The notes under the pieces: model-generated
What the model saw: only the letters and a program-made list of their open reading frames with translations
Told to the model about the DNA's origin: nothing
Database searches by the model: none
Shown here: positions 47,828 to 59,805 of the stretch, piece by piece
Numbering within the stretch: the stretch's first letter is position 1
Layout of the letters: each line of letters begins with the position of its first letter
Made by a program: the position numbers and the translations under genes
From: Vitrella brassicaformis CCMP3155
Lineage: Eukaryota; Protista; Chromerida
Direction: 5' to 3'
DNA: 64,000 bases
Assembly: GCA_001179505.1 (NCBI GenBank)
Contig: CDMY01000460.1
Coordinates: forward strand, 1 to 64,000

Positions 47828-50800
47828 ATGATGGCGGCGCAACCTGCACAAGCATCATCGTCGTCATCAGCTGCAGCAGCGGCACCAGCACCACATGTAT
47901 GTGGGCAGCTGACACACACACACACACACACACAGTGTGTCATCCTTTAATGAGCTCTGCCTACGTCGGTCGTTTGTTCGTTTCACCAGGGGGCGCCATG
48001 CCGTGGGCCGTGTGGTTACCAGAAGGGCAGTCGTGTGTGGGTGGTGACGGAGAAGCGGGACGAGGGCGAGCAGGAGTGGGTCAAGGCGGACGTCTACCGC
48101 ATCGACGGGAGGACGGTGTACATGCGGGAGGTGGGCGGCGGGGAGGGCTTCAAAGTCACTGTGCCGACCAAGACCATTCCGCCCACAGAGCTGACGCCAC
48201 ACGCGGTGAGCAAATGAACGACAAGATGATTGACCCACTGGTCCACTCATGTTTCCGTTCTGTCTGAGTGCAGGTGTGTGACGGCTTCCGTTATCTCCGC
48301 TCAGGGACGCCGCTCAAGGAAACACACTACGGCAGCAAGAAGGTACACACACACACCCCTACACTCACAGCACACGGATGTCCGGTCTGTTCACCGTTCA
48401 TCATTCCTTCCCCTCTCCCCCTGTCAGGCCGTTGACCGTCTCGGCAATGACGAGTTGGCATCGCTGTTCGGCTTTTTCAGCCCTTGCGAGCTGTCCGCCC
48501 TCTTCTCACACCGCTCCCCCGTCCGCAACGGAGCTGTCCAGCAGCACAGCCACATCACCATCGACGCATCCACGCCCGCCGAGTGTCAGTTTTGGACCAG
48601 CACGACCACACAGGACGCCTTCAAGCTCGGCAGACGGCTGACCAATCTGACGTCCGCTCACGTGGTGCAGCCACACACCCATCTGGAATGGTGCGTGAAG
48701 ACATTGACGGCCGTCGTGGAGGGCCATGCTGCGGGCCGCCGGGCGGCGCGGGAGAGGGAGAGCTCCATCGAGTCCATCCACTTCAGCTGCCCGACCGACG
48801 TCCGTGCCGGCCAGGTGTCCATCCCGGCCCCGGCATCCTTCTCTCCCCCTCCCCTCTCCCCGTGTCCAGCTGCCGTCCCTCAAGAGCATCACGGGCCTTC
48901 GTGAAGCCCACGAGATGCTCGAACGGGGCTTGGTGATGCCTCACCTGGAGGTCGTGACCACGGGAGGAACCTTCAGGCTTGCGACGGACGACTTCGTCCG
49001 CTTTCTGCGGCAGCTGATCAAGACGTCTTGGTCCCTGAAGCGGCTGGCCGTGGGTGGGCTTCGTCGCAAGGCGACGCTCTGCGTCCTAGCGGGCATCCCT
49101 GAGGGCGAGAGGGGGGAGAGGGGGCCGCTGGCGGGGCTCGAGCATCTGTCGACGGTTTACCTGGGACCCAGGGAGGACTTCGAAGAACTTCAGGCAAGTA
49201 GAGGGAAGGCGTCGCAGAGCTCACACATCATTGTGCTGTGTCGGTCTCCTCTTCAGAGGCTGTTGGTTTCTCGCGGCTGCAAGCAGTCAATCCGCCATCT
49301 CGGGGTTGGCAGCGCCGTGCCTTTACGGGACCTTCCACGAGGGGAGCGTCATTGGCTCCATTCCCTCAAGCCCTTCGCCGAGGCAGTCGCGTCGCCCTCC
49401 GTCGACATCGAGTGCTGCCTGCCCGCTGTGGGCTGCCTCAACACATTCCTCGATTCGGCATTGCTCAACACGCCCTCCCTCGCCAAGCTCCTCCAGGCCA
49501 TGGCAAAGGGGGCCGGGACGACCGGCCCATTCGGTGGCCCGGAGGGGGACGCCATCACACTGGAGGTCACGCAGGCCATCGTCGACGGCAGCAACGACGT
49601 GATGGGGCCCCTCACCGAGAGGGCGCAGCAGACGGCAGCCAGACTCACATTCGAGAAGGTGAAGAAGGTGGTGATCTGGGCGCCGGAGGGTCTGGACATC
49701 CCCGAGGACTTCCCTCCCCCTTCCATCCCCGCACTCCAGCACCTGTCGCCCCAGGCATTCCCCAACGCGACACAGCTGTTTGTGGGAGCAAGACCCGTCG
49801 GTCCCCAGGGGCCCCAGGCAGCTGCGGATCTCACGAGCCGGATGCCGGCGCTCGACCACCTGACACTCACGCCTACTGCACCTGACACCGTCGACATGCT
49901 GAGATCGATCGGCGACCGAGTGCCACGCAAGGTGCAGCTGGAGGGTTTTCACATGGGCCTTCCACCCCCCCCCCCCAANNNNNNNNNNNNNNNNNNNNNN
50001 NNNNNNNNNNNNNNNNNNNNNNNNNNNNNNNNNNNNNNNNNNNNNNNNNNNNNNNNNNNNNNNNNNNNNNNNNNNNNNNNNNNNNNNNNNNNNNNNNNNN
50101 NNNNNNNNNNNNNNNNNNNNNNNNNNNNNNNNNNNNNNNNNNNNNNNNNNNNNNNNNNNNNNNNNNNNNNNNNNNNNNNNNNNNNNNNNNNNNNNNNNNN
50201 NNNNNNNNNNNNNNNNNNNNNNNNNNNNNNNNNNNNNNNNNNNNNNNNNNNNNNNNNNNNNNNNNNNNNNNNNNNNNNCCCCCCCCCCCCAATCCACTGC
50301 CCCCTGCGTCTCTGCCCCGCGTCAAGCACCTGTTGGTCATGGGCACTCAGGGCATGTCTGCGGCCAAGGCGGCGGTGGCCGGCATGAGCTCACTGGATGA
50401 GGCGATAGTGGACACGGCTGGTGTAGCAGGGTTGCTGACGGCGATGGGCGGCGGGCGGACGCTCAAGTCGCTGCAACTTACCTTTCATCCACGTAGTTTC
50501 CGCGCCCTCGAGTCTGCTGATCTGACCCACCTGCCCAAAGTTGAACGCGTGTTTGTGCCAGGTACACAACAAGTGCGTCACTCTTCTTCACATCTGTTCG
50601 CTTTCACACAGTTTTCGATCGTACCGTCTGGCCTGCTGCCGATGTCCTTGCCGGTGTGAAGGCCTTGTGCCGTCTGCGAGACCTGCAGCGGTTCGAGCTC
50701 TTCCTCCCTGAGGCACCCGAGGACCGCATCGGTGGCCCTAGAGACCCCATCCACGTGTTGTTGGGCGAGATGCAGCAGCGACACGGCACGACACTGGGCA

Positions 50801-51257
50801 CACTGGTAAAGGAGAACACACCAGCGCAGCAGGGGCTCCATGCCTCCAGCGGTCGCATCGACTGTCGTCTGCTGCTCGACGCTCGCGACATACAGCAGGT
50901 CAGTGATGTGTGTGCATTGCTCCCTCGTCCATCCATGCAGTCATTTTTCACTTTCACTTGCCCTCATGTGCCATGATGTGTCCGATGCAGTTGCTCATGT
51001 TAGACGCTCAGATCGCAACCAATGCCGCCAACGACCACACCACCGGTGAGCACAAAGGCTGTCTGTCTGTGCAGAGACGAGTTTTGTTGATGGGCTGTCT
51101 GAGGTTTCCATGCGTCTCTGCAGGAAGTGAGAGTGTCGGTGCAGGGCGGCCGTCGGTGGACGAGGTGTCTGGCCAAGAAGGTGGAGGTGCGAGTGGTGGC
51201 GCGGTGCGTTCGTGGGTGGATGTGGTCATGAGCCGCCCAGCTTCAGGCAGCAAGTAG
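47828..51257 (+). CDS. Lineage-expanded F-box-like family protein with N-terminal myosin SH3-like domain
   Basis: Spliced: MMAAQPAQ...PH|GAPCRGPCGYQKGSRVWVVTEK...EWVKADV...TPHA|AVDRLGNDELASLFGFF...LGRRLTNL...VVEGHAAGR...LPSLKSITGL. Contains a gap, and an intron or frameshift at about 48810-48870. Confidence 0.6.
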
Positions 51258-51888
51258 CAGCGCATCAGCAGCCAGCGGGGCGGGGAGGAATGGGTGAGGG
51301 GAGAGGGCTACAGAGGAGTGAGGGAGGGTGTGTAGAGATCGATTCCTGCCCAGCTCCAGGCAGCAAGTAGCAGCGCATCAGCAGCGAGTGGGGTGGGGAG
51401 GGGGGAGTAAGAGGGCTGACCTGACCGGGTGATGGGTGCGGTGCAAGTGTGTGCGATGCAAGTGTGTGCGAGTATGAATGTGTGTATGTCTATGGACCGA
51501 TTCATGAATGAATGTGTGTTCGTCCATGACATTAATGTGGTGTGTGATGACATGACCGGCTCACTGCATGAGCGACACTCACTTCATTCTCAGAAGCGCT
51601 GTCAAGTGTCCCTCCTGACTGACACGAAAAACTCGCCACCCACACACTCACCTCAGACAAATGCACAGCGTGCACACACCAACTTCCTCCCTCCCTCCCT
51701 CCCTCCCACCTTTGGTCACCAACACGAATTCATCAGCCGGCTGCCTGTACACATATACTATGCACCCACCCACCAATCCATCCATCCCCAAGTAGGTATA
51801 CACGAAAGCAACACGCACGCAACAAAACACGTGTGTCCACGAAAACCAATCTATTCGCGACAGCTCAATGCAGACCTCCATCCACCGT

Positions 51889-52592
51889 CTATTCCGCTAT
51901 CTGCAGACACACAGACACAGGCGCATTGTGTGTCGGACGGTTGGCTGTGGATTGTCTGTCTATCTGTGTGTGTGTGTATGACCTCGACTCTGACAGTGAC
52001 GATAGGCGGTGCGACGCCCGGGTGGTCACAAAACGACATCGGGTCGATCATCGGCTTGTCCTTGAAATACAACGACTGACTCATCCACACACACACACAC
52101 ACATACACAGAAAATACAGCAGTGAGCCAGGTGAGCCCTCTCTCGCGTACAATTTTGTTGTAGGGTATCTCGAGTTTTTGTGAGAGCATCAGCTTGACGT
52201 AGCCGACCTCCTTGCTCACAGGCAGCTGCAGCAAACCACGCCAGCCAACACACATCCACCCTTTGCCTCCTGTTCGTGTCTGTGGTGCTGACATACATAC
52301 CACCATATCGTCGGATGAGCCGTCCGGCAGCTGTAGCTGAACCTAAGCGAAGGGAGAAAAGGCACAGCACAGAAGTGGTGCTGGCTGCCATTCTGTCTGC
52401 CCGGTTTGTGTGTGCCTCACCGTGATGTTGGCTCCGTGCAGAGCCTCTTCTTCCTGCTTCCGCAGCCTGAAGGACAAGACAGAACAGACAACAGAGCCGT
52501 TGACAAGGCATTGTGGGTCTGTTCTGGGTCTGCATGGCCTACTCTTCGTTCTTGGGTGGGAGAGCGAGACCTCCTGTGCCCTCTGACGCCAT
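51889..52592 (-). CDS. Small ubiquitin-like protein (~105 aa, no C-terminal GG)
   Basis: Six exons splice in frame: MASEGTGGLALPPKNEELRKQEEEALHGANITVQLQLPDGSSDDMVLPVSKEVGYVKLMLSQKLEIPYNKISLYFKDKPMIDPMSFCDHPGVAPPIVTVRVEIAE*. Confidence 0.8.
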
Positions 52593-52785
52593 TTCAGCGG
52601 CCCCGGTTGATAGATGGCACAGACGACGGATGGAAAAGGAGAGAGCCCGATTTAAGAGTGACGAGAAACGCAGAAAAGCCTCAAAGCACCGCCCTCCCCA
52701 TGAGCTAAGCTCGCAGCAGCCAAGCGATCGTTTCTGGGGGAACGGCGAGAGGGAAGGGGAAAGAGAGGTTCGGTTGTGTTGCACG
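52593..52785. promoter_or_regulatory. Probable compact bidirectional promoter (Ubl / RecQ)
   Basis: Head-to-head start codons are 193 bp apart. Similar arrangements at 9516-9704 and 39902-40169. Confidence 0.5.
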
Positions 52786-55700
52786 ATGGCCGAGGACGAT
52801 TCGATGGTAGATCTGACTGATGAGATGGAGCAGCAGCAGCTTGCAGAGGATGCTGATGGAGCCGACGGAGAGGGAACCTACGACCAGGTGACAGTAGGAG
52901 GGTGCACGAGGGCAGAGCAGACAAGAAACACGCGGCATTCCCGTCTGTGTGTGTCGTGATCTCCAGGGGATGGATGATCTGAGAAGCCAGGTGGCGGCTC
53001 TTGATGCCGAGATTGCAGTGACTGAGGAGGAGTTGGCGTCCATTCGTTCCCGGCTGCAGCAGCTGCGGCATGAGCGTGCGTCCAAGCAGAGTGCCCTCGA
53101 GGCATACATCAAACGCAAGAGGTCAGCCGGCTGCCGTTACCTAGTACGTGGCCGCTGCTGTCGTTCACCATCGACTGGTGTCTGTCCGTCAGGTCCAAGT
53201 GTGACTGGAGCAGTGAGTACGCGTGGAGCTCTGACGTCAGGCGAATCGCTGACGAGTACTTTGGGTAAAAGGGCAGACGAGGGAACAGACCATCTGGCTG
53301 GAAGAAGGGCCGGTCTCCGGGTTGCTCTGTGTGCTTGCCTTGCAGTGTGCGTGAGTTTCGGCGCAACCAGCTGGAGTGTATCAACGCCATCCTCTCCAAC
53401 GAGGACACTTTCCTCATCATGCCCACAGGCGGCGGCAAGTCGCTCTGCTTCCAAGTCCCCACGCTGGTGTGGTCGAGTGGTCTGACGCTGGTGGTGTCGC
53501 CCCTCATTGCCCTCATGAGCGACCAGGTCATGATCCTGCGGTCGCTGGGCATCGGCGCAGCCATGATGACGTCGTCGAGCTCCAAAGAGGAGAACAACCA
53601 GGTGAGAGAGAGGACGGCCAAATGACAACACTGCGACCTATCAGCATGACACGAGTGCCATTGGTTCAGGTGCGGGATTGGATGAAGACGCTGCACGGCC
53701 CCAGCAAGGGCGGTCAGGCAGCGTTGGAAGCTGCCCTGCGGTTCCTGTACGTGACGCCTGAGCGTGTGGCAAAGAGCAAACTATTCATGAGCAGCCTCGA
53801 GAAGATCCACGCAGCCAAGAACCTGTCGCTGATGGTTGTGGATGAGGTGCACTGCGTGTCGCAGTGGGGGCACTCCTTCCGGCAAGACTACCAGGTACCA
53901 AGAACACCTCACACATGCACCCCAGCTGGATGGCCAGTGAGTGCACGTGTTGTGTGTCCCTCCCTGGTTCAGCATTTGATCATCTTGAAGCGACAGTTCC
54001 CGAGTGTGCCTCTGCTGGCGCTGACGGCCACAGCAACGCCCCAGGTGGTGCAGGACGTCCAGAAGACCCTCGAGGTCCCCAACTCCATCGTCTTCAAATC
54101 GCATTGCAATAGGCCCCACCTCTTCTACCAGGTCAGTCAGCAAAAACAGCAAAACAGAGTGCAGGTGCGTCCATGCTGTCGTCTTGTGGCGTGTGTCTTT
54201 CAGGTTGCGGCCAAGCCCAAGCAGCCCGACGATGTGCTGCAGGTGATGGCTGGCTTCATCAAGCAGCTCGACAAGACCGCTGCGGGCATCGTCTACTGCC
54301 TGTGAGTGACCACACCACACCACACCACACCACACAGACAGACAGACAGACAGCCATACAGGTGACCAGTGAGCAGACACTCCGTTTTGGCGATTGGTTA
54401 CACACATGATTCATTGCCTGACTGACAGGTCCAAGAAGGACGCTCAGGCGGTGTGTGCGGGCCTGAATGCGAAAGACATCCCATCGGCATTCTACCACGC
54501 TGACCTCGATGGCGCCGACAGACAGCAAGTGCACCACCAGTAAGTGTCTGCAGACAGGGCCATCTAACACAATGCCCGACCGGTCGCTACAACGCTGCGA
54601 ACTGTCAACATATCAGGTGGTCGTCGGGTGCTGTCCGTGTCGTCGTTGCAACAATCGCCTTCGGTATGTCGGCAAGAGCACACCACCCGTACGTGGATGT
54701 GGCTCACTCAATGATGCTGTCTGTGTGTGTCTAGGCATGGGCATTCACAAGGACGACGTGCGGTTCGTTATCCACCACACGCTGCCCAAGTCACCCGACA
54801 ACTACTACCAGGAGAGTGGCAGGGCGGGGCGCGACGGAAGGCCCGCCTACTGCCTCCTGCTCTACAGGTACCTGCACACGCACACACACACACATCCCAC
54901 ACGAAAGTGGACACACTGTTGGTGGTGCTGTGTGCTGTGGCCGTCAGGCCTTCTGACGTGGTGCGTCACTCGGTGATGGTGTTTCACGAGACGACGGGCC
55001 TCGACCTCCTTTACAAGATGGTCAGCTTCTGCCACGCACAGGAGTGCAGACGCAGGTCAGTGAATCACCAGCTGCACTAGATCACATACAGACAGACGGA
55101 CAGCCTCACTGTCGCCTCTGTGTGCATCAATCAGCATGATCATCAGTCACTTCGGCGATGAGGGTGTGGCGTGTGGCGGCATGTGCGACGTCTGCAAACG
55201 ACCAGCATGCGACAGCTCAGAGGCAGCCGCGTCAGCATCTGCATCAGCAGTAGCCAAGGGGGGCAAGAAGGCCAAGGGTGGTCGTGGCAAGGGCGGGGAG
55301 GGCATCACTGTGGGTGCGGTGGAGGACGGCGCCGTGTGTCTGCTGGAGATGCTGGCCAAGGTGCAGGGCACAGAGACCAAGGTCAGAAAGGCGAACCGAA
55401 GCCATGGGAACGTATCGTGATGTGTGCACGTCATTCTGTTGGTCTGCCTTTTGTCAGTATACGCTTCTGCAGTGTGCGACTGAGTGGAAGAAGCTGCTGG
55501 GCAAGCAGAAAGGGGCCCTCAAGGGCGACATCGACACCTGCCAGCACCTCATCGTGTCACTCATACTCGAGGGATTCATCAAGGTCAGCAAGCCAACCAC
55601 CGCAAAGCTGTGCGAACGCAGGTGTGTGCGTCTGTGTTATCGGTTGTCCAGGAGGAGTTTTCACACACGCCCTACAGCACCAACAGCTACTGCGTCATCA

Positions 55701-56653
55701 CCCGACGGGGCACAAACGCACTGCAACGGCTGCAGAACGGTACTGTACACACACACACACAAACACACACACCGGAGAGACCCTGATGCCGTTGACTCAT
55801 CGAAGGATCGAGGGTCGTGTTGCGTTGACGGTTCTGCAGGTCAGCGAGGGGTTCTTCCCAGCCACGTGACACAGGGGATCGAGGCACTCTCGACCGCCGC
55901 AGACACCGACACATTCTTCGTGCACGAGGTGAGTGACTGACTCATGTGTTCGCAGTGTTGGTGTCTTCGTCAATGTGTGTGTGTGCAGGTGATGCAGGAG
56001 TCCTCGTCCAGTAGTGCCGCTGCAGGGTCGGCACCGACAGACCGGCGGGCGACACAGGAGTTCAAAACGCTCCGGCAGCAAATCGCAAACGAGATCGGTA
56101 CGTTCGGATGAGAGGGACCCCGCGATCATCATCGCAGCGTGTGGTGCAACCTTTCTGCCCATGTGCGTATCAATCAGATGTGTACGCGCACTTCATCCTC
56201 AGCGACAGCCAGATCCAGGAGCTGATTCGCTTCAGCCGGGGCAGCGATCCCCTCACCCTCGATGCACTCCAGGCGTCAAGTATTCTGACCAGCCGCCGTA
56301 TCGAGCTGCACGGCCAACGCATCCTACACACATGCAGGTACGTTACACGGCCGATTGATTACACTGATGTGTGTGTGAATGTCTGTGTGCTGGATGGATC
56401 GTTCAGTCGTGTGCGAAGCGGGTCATTCTCAGCTGCGGTTGTGCCAGGGCCTTTCCCAGCAGCAGCAGCAGCAGCTGCTGCTGCAGCGTCGTCAGCTCAT
56501 GATGCGATCGTGGTGGATGACGACGACGAGCAAGAGGGTGGCAAGGGCGGCAAGAAGAAGAAGAGGCGCAGACTGGTCAAGGGAGACGAGGATGAGGAGG
56601 GGGAGGAGGAAGGCCATGAGATGAATGACGATTGGGGTGAGATGAATGATTGA
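52786..56653 (+). CDS. RECQL: RecQ-family DNA helicase (RECQ1/RECQ2-like) with RQC and HRDC-like C-terminus
   Basis: [56 protein letters not shown], Zn-binding CRR...HFGD...CGGMCDVC, and HRDC-like [11 protein letters not shown]...HGQRIL. Confidence 0.93.
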
Positions 56654-56748
56654 TCGCATGTATTATCGATTGGTTGACTGACGAACGTCCAAGTAGAATG
56701 TGCTCAGATGACATGACCTTCACATGACTGTCTGAGGTCACCGCATGT

Positions 56749-57530
56749 TCACGTCAATTCAAAATCAACATCGCGCACACAGACATCGTCACTGCAAACG
56801 ACCAACCCGATATAAAATGTAGGCAACGATGTGTCGCTGCCGTCACCCATCGCCACTTCTCCCCGCCACGCCACACGCCTGCCAGTGCGGACCTCCTCGG
56901 CGATGCAGTAGCACTGCCGCAACTCCTGTCTCACAAAAATGTCCGTCAGATCCTGCGATTCTCCGTACAACCGCAAGTCACCAACTGAACAAGCACAGGA
57001 AAATCCCTCATTCAGGCGAAGTGTCAATCTTGCTCATGCTGGTTTGTCTTACTGTCCAGGTCCCGGAGCGAGCTGTGCTTGGCCTGCACCTTCAGGAGAC
57101 AGGGCAGCCGCGTTGGCGTCCTTGGTGGGGCCGAAGGGAGACAGCACTTGTGCGATGGTGGCGGGGGATAGGTTGTCGCTCAGCCCGTCCGTGAAGACCA
57201 CGATGCAGTCCTTGTCTTGGACGGGCACACTGGCGACGCTCATGCCCTGCTGCGTCTTCAGCTGGTCAGCTGTTGGGGTGGGGGGGGGCGTGCCGTCGCT
57301 GCTGGTGGCGGGTGGCAGCATGGCCAGCTGAAGGGGGCGGTTGGGCTCGGTTGGATCCACCATAGGGGCCGTCCGGTGGATCTCCCAAGGCCTTCCCGAG
57401 ATGAGGGGCGACGGAGGACCATGGCGCCCGAGTCGCCAAAGTTGGCGATGTCGGCGGAGATGGACCCGTCGGCCTCCTCACTCAATGCCATCCCAACTGC
57501 CGTGGTGCCGCCCACACGCCCGGGGGGGCT
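56749..57530 (-). pseudogene. PTC7-like PP2C phosphatase fragment with 1-bp frameshift
   Basis: GGTTAV...IANFGDSGAMVLRR, PNRPLQLAMLP and IVVFTDGLSDNL. Frame break at about 57390 (restoring one base gives GLWEIHRTAPMVDP). The N-terminal DG motif is absent. Confidence 0.75.
56806..56835 (-). repeat. Cassette core copy i
   Basis: Minus strand: CATCGTTGCCTACATTTTATATCGGG. Confidence 0.6.
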
Positions 57531-57625
57531 GCGTGAGAAGTGAAAGAAGTTCCTGTCGCGATATAAAATGTAGACAGCGATATCCACTGCAGACAATCAG
57601 ACAGAGACATAAGGTTATATCGTTT
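57528..57625 (-). repeat. Dispersed cassette copy j
   Basis: Minus strand: CCTTATGTCTCTGTCTGATTGTCTGCAG|TGGATATCGCTGTCTACATTTTATATCGCGACAGGAACTTCTTTCACTTCTCACGCAG. Confidence 0.9.
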
Positions 57626-57781
57626 AGACGCCCTTCTGTGCCGCACCACCATTTGCAGCAGCGCCACCCTCCCTTTCCCCCCCGACCATCTCCTGCGCCA
57701 GCAGTCGCTCGATGCTCAGCCGCTCGGCCTCCTTTGGCGCCATGCCGCCTTTGATGAGGCGAAGGGCCATGGAAAGGTCTA

Positions 57782-59086
57782 TCACCGGCTCTCCTCGGCC
57801 ATTGCCTCCTGCCGCGCCTTCTCGGCTTCTTCGTCGGCCACCGCCCTGAGCAGGACGTAGTCCTTCTCACTGTGGGCTGACTGGCCGTCCTTGATGGTGG
57901 TAATGGCCTTCTCGACGGTCTGCACCAGCCAGTCGTGGCGGTTCTGGGCCTTCTCGGCTTTGATCACCCTCTCAGCCTTCTCGATGGTCTTAGCGATGGC
58001 CTGCAGCTCAGGCTTCTTGGGAGCGGAGAGGCGAATGGGCTGTCGCACCAGGTTGGTCTCCCGCTGGAGGGGCCTGCTGAAGTACTGCGTGAATGCTGGC
58101 CACACCCCCTGATCGCAGAAGAAGAGCTGGTTCCTCCTCTTGGCGCCATAGTAGTCGCCGGCATTGTTGTGGATTTGGTCCATGTGAGGGCGAGGAGCAG
58201 GTGGACGAGCAATGAGCAGAGTTTGTAGGTGTCGCTCGACCGACTCACAGGACCAAAGTGGGCGCCGCCGCTGCTGCTGCTGCTGCTGGTGATGTTGTTG
58301 AGGACGTTTTTGCAGGGAGCACTTGTAGCCCCGTCTCGTCATCCGCTGATGGTCTGTGTGTGTGCTCGCGTATTTTGTGGTCGTCCCTTGCAGACACGGG
58401 GTCGCGATGAAAAGGGAGCAAATTCCTCTCGCGATACAAAATGTAGCCAGCGATATCTCCTGCAAAGACAAACAGACAGAGACACAAGGCTGGATCACCT
58501 GGAAGAGCTTTCTGTACCGTGAGTGCATTCATCCATCCATTTGCCTTTGGGCTGCTCCTCTCCTCACCATGGTGGACTCCTGCAGCGGTGGTGGTGGTGG
58601 TGGTGGGGCGTTGATGGTGGGGCTTCGACGGCCTTGACCGTCGTGGGAGGGGGCTGGAGGGGTGACTCGGTGTCGGTGACGGGTCCGGGACAGCTCGAAT
58701 TCGATCCACCTCGCTCCCAGCTCGCCCGCCACCCCACCCTGCACCGTGCTGGTCGGCCGCCACTGGATGAGGACGTTGTTGCCGCTGGTGTCGCCGTGCA
58801 CCAGGCCGCTGTCCTCCCCCGCACCGCTGGAGAAGATGTCGGCCAGTTCGCGCAGCAGCGACACTGCGAGCCGGCGGAAATGGGGGCCCGTGACTCCCAG
58901 ACGTGCCAGCGTAACCCGCAGGCGCCGCCTCCTGTTCTCGAGAGGGTCGGGGTCGGAGTCCTTGAACATGCGGGCTTCGATGAGATCGAAGAGGCTGACG
59001 ACGTCCGTGCACAGTTCAGGATCGTCCCCGTCGTCGCTCTCGTCGCCGTCATCGGCCTCCTCGACCTCGTCGTGACCCGCGTTGCC
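57782..59086 (-). pseudogene. FunK1-like kinase C-terminal half (copy B1)
   Basis: VSLFDLIEAR, LVHGDTSGNNVLIQWRP, RWIEFEL and SDTYKLCSLL. 1-bp deletion at LLLA(P)HMD, about 58185. Confidence 0.75.
58420..58570 (-). repeat. Dispersed cassette copy k
   Basis: Minus strand: CCAAAG|GCAAATGG...GTGATCCAGCCTTGTGTCTCTGTCTGTTTGTCTTTGCAG|GAGATATCGCTGGCTACATTTTGTATCGCGAGAGG. Confidence 0.9.
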
Positions 59087-59656
59087 NNNNNNNNNNNNNN
59101 NNNNNNNNNNNNNNNNNNNNNNNNNNNNNNNNNNNNNNNNNNNNNNNNNNNNNNNNNNNNNNNNNNNNNNNNNNNNNNNNNNNNNNNNNNNNNNNNNNNN
59201 NNNNNNNNNNNNNNNNNNNNNNNNNNNNNNNNNNNNNNNNNNNNNNNNNNNNNNNNNNNNNNNNNNNNNNNNNNNNNNNNNNNNNNNNNNNNNNNNNNNN
59301 NNNNNNNNNNNNNNNNNNNNNNNNNNNNNNNNNNNNNNNNNNNNNNNNNNNNNNNNNNNNNNNNNNNNNNNNNNNNNNNNNNNNNNGCCATAGTAGTCGC
59401 CGGCATTGTTGTGGATTTGGTCCATGTGAGGGCGAGGAGCAGGTGGACGAGCAATGAGCAGAGTTTGTAGGTGTCGCTCGACCGACTCACAGGACCAAAG
59501 TGGGCGCCGCCGCTGCTGCTGCTGGTGATGTTGTTGGGGACGTTTTTGCAGGGAGCACTTGTAGCCCCGTCTCGTCATCCGCTGATGGTCTGTGTGTGTG
59601 CTCGCGTATTTTGTGGTCGTCCCTTGCAGACACGGGGTCGCGATGAAAAGGGAGCA

Positions 59657-59805
59657 AATTCCTCTCGCGATACAAAATGTAGCCAGCGATATCTCCTGCA
59701 AAGACAAACAGACAGAGACACAAGGCTGGATCACCTGGAAGAGCTTTCTGTACCGTGAGTGCATTCATCCATCCATTTGCCTTTGGGCTGCTCCTCTCCT
59801 CACCA
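59657..59805 (-). repeat. Dispersed cassette copy l
   Basis: Essentially identical to copy k. Confidence 0.9.

Noticed and set aside
48726-50387. 553-aa ORF and other long ORFs spanning N runs (20635-21606, 58529-59764, 2375-3043)
   Set aside because: Their length is inflated by translation through 300-N gaps and introns.
51228-51395. ~55-bp tandem duplication at the 3' end of the F-box-like gene
   Set aside because: Local slippage duplication around the stop codon; no further structure.
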